Of a stretch of 64,000 nt of DNA, positions 56,430 to 64,000 are shown piece after piece. The notes under the pieces were generated by a model that saw only the letters and a program-made list of their open reading frames with translations, was not told where the DNA came from and did no database searches. Each line of letters opens with the position of its first letter. The first letter of the stretch is position 1. The position numbers and the translations under genes are program-made. Source of the stretch: Eledone cirrhosa (lineage: Eukaryota); contig OZ024742.1 in the NCBI GenBank assembly GCA_964016885.1, positions 272,986,001 to 273,050,000 of the forward strand, given 5' to 3'.

Positions 56430-58751
56430 ATGGAAAAACACTACCTGGATATGTCACTCAAAAACATACCAACCCAAGGTAGAAAGGAATATTTATTGAG
56501 CATGATTCAAAAAACTAATGAATTCATTCGACGTGTCAGGTGGAAAACGCTCCACTATGATAGAAGCCGTATGAACTCAACATTAGAAAGTGGTGTAAAC
56601 AAAAAATTCGGTTTTAGGACTTGTAAAAACCCACCCACCAACCCACTATTAGATGCATTTGAGCAGGACCTTATGAACTTAATCCTTAAAATTAAATTCA
56701 AAGGACGCAACACCAACAGCAAATTACAGAAAGATATAAAAAAACTACTGGACGACCTTAAAAACACCAAAGGAATTGTAGTAAAAGCGGACAAAACATC
56801 AAACCTGTACACTATGGATTGCACTACATACAACAACTTCATTCGAAAAGAATTACATAAAAAATATAGAAAAACGAGTGAAGTAACCCTTAAGCACATC
56901 AATGATGAGGCATGCGAAATAGTGAAAAATCTCGGAATCGAAGATAGGACAGGACCACTCTTACCGGCGGTACCCACTTTCAATCTTAAGGACCACAAGG
57001 TAAACTTTGATAATGACCCTAAAATTAGATTAATCTGCCCCTCTAAATCAGATATAGGTAAAATAAGCAAATATATCTTAGATAGAATCATCCCCCAAAT
57101 TAAGGCTAAGGTTAACATTAAACTCTGGGGGAAGACCCAAGAAGCAATAAGATGGTTTAATAGCATTAGCAATAAGAATAAATCTAAGTTTATCCAGTTT
57201 GATATCGATGAATATTACTCATCGATATCACCTGAAACTTTGAATAGAGCCATCAAGTTTGCTAAGGATAACTCCGACCTTACAAACGATGAAATTAAGA
57301 TTATATTAGAAGCTAGGAAAACTATAGTCAAATTTGAGAACAGTTATTGGGTACGTAAAGATAGACCCTCTAACTTTGACATAACAATGGGCTCTAACGA
57401 TTCGGCGGAAATAACTGATATTGTGGGGTTATTTATCGCCTTTAGACTCCAGGAAAAATTCAGCAATCTCCACGGCGGAATATACCGCGACGATGTTCTC
57501 CTCCTAGCTAAAAACCTTAATAACCAAAAACTAGAAAAACTACGCAAAGATATAAGAAAACTACTACTCGAAATAGGACTAACTATAACATATGAATACA
57601 ACCTTAAAGTAGTTAACTTCCTGGATGTCACACTCAATTTAAACTCTGGTTTGATTAAACCGTTTCATAAATTGAATGAAAATCTCAAATACGTAAATGT
57701 TGGGTCTAACCACCCCATCTCTATAATTAAATCTATCCCTAAAAATATTTCCCTTAGAATCTCGGGTCTATCTTCTAACATACAAGTATTTAAGGAACAC
57801 GCCGAGTACTACGATAACGCCCTTAGTAAAGCAGGCTACCTCAACAAAATAGAGTACATAGATGGGAACAATCAAAACACCCAAAATAAATCCCACATAG
57901 GTAGATATAATAACACAACACCAAACCACACTTACTACCATAGTATGCACACCAGTAAACCAACAAACAAAACTAATAGAAAGCGATGCAAAGAGTACTT
58001 ATGGTATAACCCCGAATACAATAGCTCCATTAGTACAAATTTACCAGTACTCTTCTTTAAAATAATTAAAAGACATTTTCCCACATCACACAAATACCAC
58101 AAAATCCTAAACCCTACCACTATAAGACTGTAATACTCTACAGCGTTAAACCTTGAACAACACATAAAAAAGATCAATACTAGAAGGTTAAACGAAAACA
58201 CTAAGAACTTAAGTACAAAGAACCCCCAAAAAACAGTAGACAATGCACTACAGAACATAAATAAACCACACCTAAGTTCGTCCGCAATACTACTCCAGAG
58301 AAAACCCAACGTACACAACTGTAACTGCACCTATCCTGACAACTGCCCCCTCGGCAATAACTGCCTGGAAAAAAATATTATTTATAAGTGTACCATTAAA
58401 TCCGGAGGCAACGAGTGGTATTACGTGGGATCAACGGCAACATCGTTTAAATCTCGATTGTATAGGCATTCTTACTCAATAAAACACCAGAGCCAAAGAA
58501 ATGTAACAACTTTAGCAGAGAAAGCTTGGACGCTCAGGGATAGCAATCAAAAGTTTACCCTAAAATGGGAAAAATTAGCTAAAACCCAAAGCTTTTCCAG
58601 GAGCCAAAATTTCTGCAAATTGTGTAATCTTGAGATTTATTACATAATCACACACAAGAAGAAACTGCTGAATAACAGAATTGAACGAACATTATTCTGC
58701 CGTCACAGAACTAAAACCCTTTTTTCCCACTACAAGCCGAATATTACATAA
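56430..58751 (+). pseudogene. PLE RT + GIY-YIG ORF (773 codons) with one in-frame TAA at 58131-58133
   Basis: GGIYRDD, NFLDVTL, SNHP, WYNP, TIRL*YST (family A has TIKISYST), FCKLCNLE, CRHR. Confidence 0.93.
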
Positions 58752-59019
58752 AAGAGGGACATCCCCCAACTATATAAACCTTAATCTAGTTAGAAAAATA
58801 TAAAAACAATCTCTTTTCAACATATATTAATAACCTTAAATTACCATACTAATAATGAAAAGATATGCTGATGAGAATAGGTACAAATATGCGATAATGA
58901 ATGTGTCTAAAAACGTCCATAAGTATGTATATATATGTGAAAATGTATATAAATAAGTAAATATATATATATGTTTGATGTGTATAGTTAGATGTAAGTG
59001 TATTCATGTATTAAAGTGC

Positions 59020-59059
<40 letters not shown>

Positions 59060-59082
59060 ATATGTGTGTATATATGTATGTG

Positions 59083-59113
<31 letters not shown>

Positions 59114-59967
59114 GTATATGTATATATGTATATATATATGTGTATGTATGTATGTGTATATGGATGTGTATGTATGTGTATGTGTGTACACATGGACTAG
59201 AGTATGTATGTATATATGTGTGTGTCTATACGTGTGTATATATAAAGATAAGTTGAGTATGAAAATGTATACACATGAGCGCGTATGTATGTACATGAAT
59301 ACATGTGTGTATATATATGTGTATGCATGTGTATATATATGTAAGTATGAATATGTGAATTGTGAGTATATGTATTTTGTAGAGGTGTGCAAATATATTT
59401 GTGTGTGAATGCGTGGGTGAAAGAATACGTACACTTGAAAGAAAAATTTAAGTCTGAATGTTAAGTGCAAACACAAAACCAACCACGCATATCTTTACTA
59501 TCTCTAATCCTTCTATAGATTTAGAAAAATAACCAATAATATATTCTATAAAAAATGTCAAAACAACAGATGGGAATCTAATTAATCACTGCCACCAAGA
59601 ATTCTCACTGCTATCGAAAAACCACTCCTTCAACTATTCTTCTAACAACTTCACCCCTTCCTCCTAATATTCTCTATAAAAACTAAATAGGTCCTCAGTA
59701 ATATTATTCTGATGAAATGACAGTAAATAATAACATTGAAATATTGAATGTCTGCATAACTAAAAGTTTGTAGATAGCTGTTTTAGGTTATGTAACTGTT
59801 ATAGAAACACGTGTCAATAAATTCCTTTCAACTAAACTGTATCCATTCAAATCTTTCTATTTTTCTCCGGATTACTTTTGGAACTACAACTGGAACCGTC
59901 GAGCAAACTCTACGTGAGCTGATAATCTACTGTGTGTAATATTTATATTACAACACAACGGAAAATA

Positions 59968-60003
<36 letters not shown>

Positions 60004-60007
<4 letters not shown>

Positions 60008-60192
60008 GTTTCTACTTTAGGCACGAGGCCAGCAGTTACCCACTGCATTACTGGTACTTTATTTTATCGACCCCGTAAGGATGAAAGGCAAAGTCAAACT
60101 CGGCGGGATTTGAACTCAGATCGTAAAGGGACGTAACTATGATGGAAAGCATGGCGTCCGACCCTCTACCGATACTGCTAATCCACCGCCCT
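60004..60192 (-). mobile_element. Nin-domain tRNA-derived SINE, full length
   Basis: Reverse complement begins gggcggtggattagcagtatcggtag (A-box-like), has B box gagttcaaatc, then ccgccgagtttgactttgcctttcatccttacggggtcgataaa. Confidence 0.9.
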
Positions 60193-61865
60193 TTATATAT
60201 ATATATATAATGGAGCAACATGTGTATTTTTGTATATCAAATCCGGGAATTGTTTAATCTCGTCTCACTTTACCAAATGTTCGTGTAAATGTTGTCACCA
60301 TTCAAGATTTTACCTCACCTTCCAATCGTGCTAAACGTTAGAGAGCAATTTTTGTAATGTAGATCTGACCTGCAATGCTTCACTGTTTAATTTCAGACGT
60401 TGCTGATTTCTGCTTATAAAATTGTCAACCCTTGTCAATTTTCAATGGTTACAAATCATTTCTTTAGGATCTTTATTATTATAAGTCCTTACAAATGTGA
60501 AGAAGAAGGTATTTCGAAATTTAGGTGACATTAAAAATGAACAAACAAACTCGCGCACAAATGTATTTAAGTGTTTGTATTTCTATGTAGTTGCATTGGA
60601 TTGTGTGCGTGTGTGTGATTATGCGTTTGTGTGTGCGTGTGTATAATATCAACAGGACATACACAGCAGTGAAGTTGTTACTGTTACTGACATGGATATA
60701 ATGAATTAGGATAGTTTTGAGAAATATATAGCGTTGTGTCTCATCTCTGACATTTGCAATAATGGGACTTATATTCTTAATTTCATAATACACATTCAAA
60801 TTTCCAATAGAAAAATGTTAGAATTCTATACCTTGAATGGAACAAATTCCTTTATATTCCAGTAATATATGCTTATATACATGCACGTGTACATAAACAT
60901 ATGCAGACACATATTTATATATATATATGCATATATACATACATACATATATACATACATATCTTCATTCCTATAAATATGCGGCCAAAATCGCTACAGG
61001 TAAAGTGTACATATATTGAGAAAGACGTAAAGGGACGTGTTTATGTGCATATTCATAATACATGCGCACTGAGTTTTTAGAAGTATATAGTATATATGGT
61101 TTTGAAAAAGATATACACATAGAAGTTGACACATATGTACACATAAATATGTATGTACTTGGTTAATATAGTTACTTACACAAGAATACACAATCAGCCC
61201 CACGCATCCAACACGCATACATATCACACACACACACACACTCACACACACATACACACACACGCACACACACTCACACACACATATATATATTTATAAC
61301 TGTGTTCTTTTGTGAGTGTGTGTGACTGTGTGCTGCGTGTGTGGTTGGTTGTGTGTGTAGTGAAATGTATGTAAACATGCGCGCAAGCGTATCAGTTTAT
61401 TTCAGTCCTTTGTATGATATGTATAACAGACGTTTCAATCTGAACATTGTATAAATGAATGAATTTTCTCCGTCTTTGATGTCATCTCAAATTGTATAGA
61501 TTACTGAACGAGAATTGTACGCTTTGTAGAAAATAAATCGATTATTTTCGTTCGTTTATTTTTATTTAATTTATAGAATGGTATCATGCAATTCGCATAT
61601 ATTTGAAAAATAAAATAGAAGCAGCATTCTTTGTTAGGTGGCTTACGGTTCTACAGCTAGAATATTTTTTTTATCAGTCTTGTTTTTATGAAATTATTGA
61701 CGTTGTTGTAGTTGTTGTTATTATTGTAAACCTTTCATTATTCTATACTTTCATATGTTATTCGTCGATATTCTGAAAGACAAAAGTATAAAGGATATCA
61801 CATTGGCGAATATTTCTCACTAATCTCAATCGCTTTCCTTACACTCTCTCCACTCTCCCTCTCTC

Positions 61866-61903
<38 letters not shown>

Positions 61904-61972
61904 GCACGCACACACACACACGCACACACACACATATATATATATATGTGTACACACACACACACACACACA

Positions 61973-62060
<88 letters not shown>

Positions 62061-62296
62061 ATATCGAAATGGTCTCATCAGGACTCGAACTGTTTCATTC
62101 GAGGAAATCATCTGGACTTTTCTGATGGTTTCGTTCGAATAAACTTGTTTTATTCCTGTAGAAACCATTTGTATATTAAAAATGTATATTCAGTTATGTA
62201 TTGAGTACCTTACTTACTGTCGTTACCCCCGATTAAACCCGTGATATACATATCTATATATCTATATATCTATATCTATATCTATGTATCTATCTA

Positions 62297-62372
<76 letters not shown>

Positions 62373-62535
62373 GAAATTAAAAGATGGTTAAAACATTCCA
62401 TATATTACTTTTTTTGCGATTTTCAAAAACAAATACCATCCTGGGACGATAGTTGCGTTATCATCAGATATAATAAGGTTACATGATATGATGCCTAAAA
62501 ATAAAACACTTGTGAACAAGAAAGTGTCCATCAAC

Positions 62536-62567
<32 letters not shown>

Positions 62568-62596
62568 GTATATATATATATGTATGTATATATATA

Positions 62597-62675
<79 letters not shown>

Positions 62676-62734
62676 CAAGGCTCTGATACCATCAACACTA
62701 TAAACACAGAGCTGGCATATATAAGAACTGACTA

Positions 62735-62790
62735 ACAGCCTGATGAGGTCATAGCCATTCAATGGCTATCATCGAAATATATATACGAAT
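62735..62790 (+). ncRNA. Hammerhead motif, same family as 9677; helix I decayed
   Basis: CTGATGA-ggtcatagccattcaatggctatcatc-GAAA-tatata-TA; AATAAA follows. Confidence 0.6.
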
Positions 62791-62941
62791 AAATAAAGGA
62801 TTATGAGTTCAAGCAATTGACTTATTTTTCGTCACTATATATATATATATATATATATATGCATATATATACGTGTATATATATATATATATATATGCAT
62901 ATATATACGTGTATATATATATATATATATATATGCATATA

Positions 62942-63002
<61 letters not shown>

Positions 63003-63004
<2 letters not shown>

Positions 63005-63195
63005 GGTGGTGGATTGGTAGTATCGGTAGAGTGTCGGACGCTATGCTTTATAACATAGAGTTACGGCCCTTTATTAACTGAGTTCAAATCACGCCGAGGT
63101 TAACCTTGCCTTTCACCCTTACGGGGTCGATAAGTTAAATTAACAATAATGCAATGGGTTAATTGCTGACCTTGTGCCAAACATAGAGACTGGTG
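63003..63195 (+). mobile_element. Nin-domain tRNA-derived SINE, full length
   Basis: tggtagtatcgg A box, gagttcaaatc B box, then cgccgaggttaaccttgcctttcacccttacggggtcgataag. Confidence 0.9.
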
Positions 63196-63229
63196 TTCTG
63201 AAATAGCCAAACATAGAGGTTGGTGTTCT

Positions 63230-63420
63230 GAAATAGCGAATAATACATGAATGTACGCATAGTATATTTGGCAATATACCGTATGTTTAATTAAAAACAT
63301 TTAGAAGACCATACGCTATCAGTTTTAAAGTAGTGGCTATGTCACTTACTTTGTTTCGGCGAAATAAGGGCGAGAAGCTGACAGACAGTTTCACGCTGGT
63401 TGGCATTCAGTCAGTACCTC
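63230..63420 (-). repeat. Family-R copy with decayed hammerhead
   Basis: Minus strand CTGACTGA-atgccaaccagcgt-GAAA-ctgtctg-TC-agc; the rest is homologous to 4840-4970. Confidence 0.6.
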
Positions 63421-63443
63421 TCCCTTCTTTCACCGAACCGAAG

Positions 63444-64000
63444 TTACTTATTGATAAGATGGTAATGAGGAATTGCAAGAGGAGACACACTGGTCTTGCT
63501 ATGGGATGGATAGACTACAAAAAGGCATTTGACATGGTGCCTCATTCTTGGATCACCAAAAGCCTGGAGATCTTCAAGGTGGCAGATAACATCAGACGGT
63601 TGTTGGGCAAAAGTATGAAGTCCTGGGAAACAGAGTTAACATCAACTGGAGAATCCTTGGGAAGCGTGAAGATCAAGAGAGGTATCTTCCAGGGAGATAG
63701 TCTGTCCCCTCTGTTGTTTGTCCTTGCCCTGATGCCCCTGACCACTGTACTGCGAAAAGTGAGAACAGGATACAGGTTGGGAAAGGGAGGGCTTACCATA
63801 AATCACCTCCTCTTCATGGACGATCTTAAGCTCTTCGGGAAGAGTGAGAAGGAGTTGGATGTGCTTGTTGACACTGTCCGTATTTTCAGCAATGATATAT
63901 GTATGCAATTTGGTATTAATAAGTGTGGAGTCATTTTGATGAAGAGGGGTAAGTTGAGCAGAAGCAACAGAATCCAGGTACCAACAGGTGAGAGGATAAA
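63444..64000 (+). mobile_element. 5'-truncated R4/Dong-like non-LTR retrotransposon RT, open to window edge
   Basis: LLIDKMV..WIDYKKAFDMVPHSWI..IKRGIFQGDSLSPLLFVLAL..INHLLFMDDLKLF..MQFGINKC. Confidence 0.88.

Larger units (their letters stand above)
56102..59975 (+). mobile_element. Naiad-type PLE family B, right copy (about 1.08 monomers, about 280-bp direct pLTR)
   Basis: 56102-56380 recurs at 59697-59975; ends in (TA)n. Confidence 0.95.

Overview
AT-rich, microsatellite-dense eukaryotic DNA with no recognisable host gene and one 200-N assembly gap. It is probably an octopod cephalopod, inferred from the Nin-domain tRNA-SINE family and (TA)n density. Almost all of it is transposon-derived, dominated by Penelope-like retroelements (PLEs). 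These include an intact Naiad-type element (35.35-40.29 kb, 819-aa RT+GIY-YIG ORF, direct pLTRs) and a near-identical head-to-head pair of a second Naiad family (51.5-60.0 kb) whose ORFs share one TAA. There is also a decayed Neptune-type element (44.6-48.7 kb) with an apparent -1 ribosomal frameshift signal between a coiled-coil ORF1 and the RT, plus many remnants. More than a dozen type-I hammerhead-ribozyme (HHR) motifs are readable, one family with an 88-nt branched helix II. Fold-backs with their 3' ends pointing outward recur from 0.16 to 8.5 kb, mostly in (TA)n tracts. Other elements: a Tigger/pogo relic, two Helitron relics, RTE, CRE-like and R4/Dong-like LINE pieces, an RTE-derived bipartite element and SINEs. 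All calls are by eye; no searches or folding were run.
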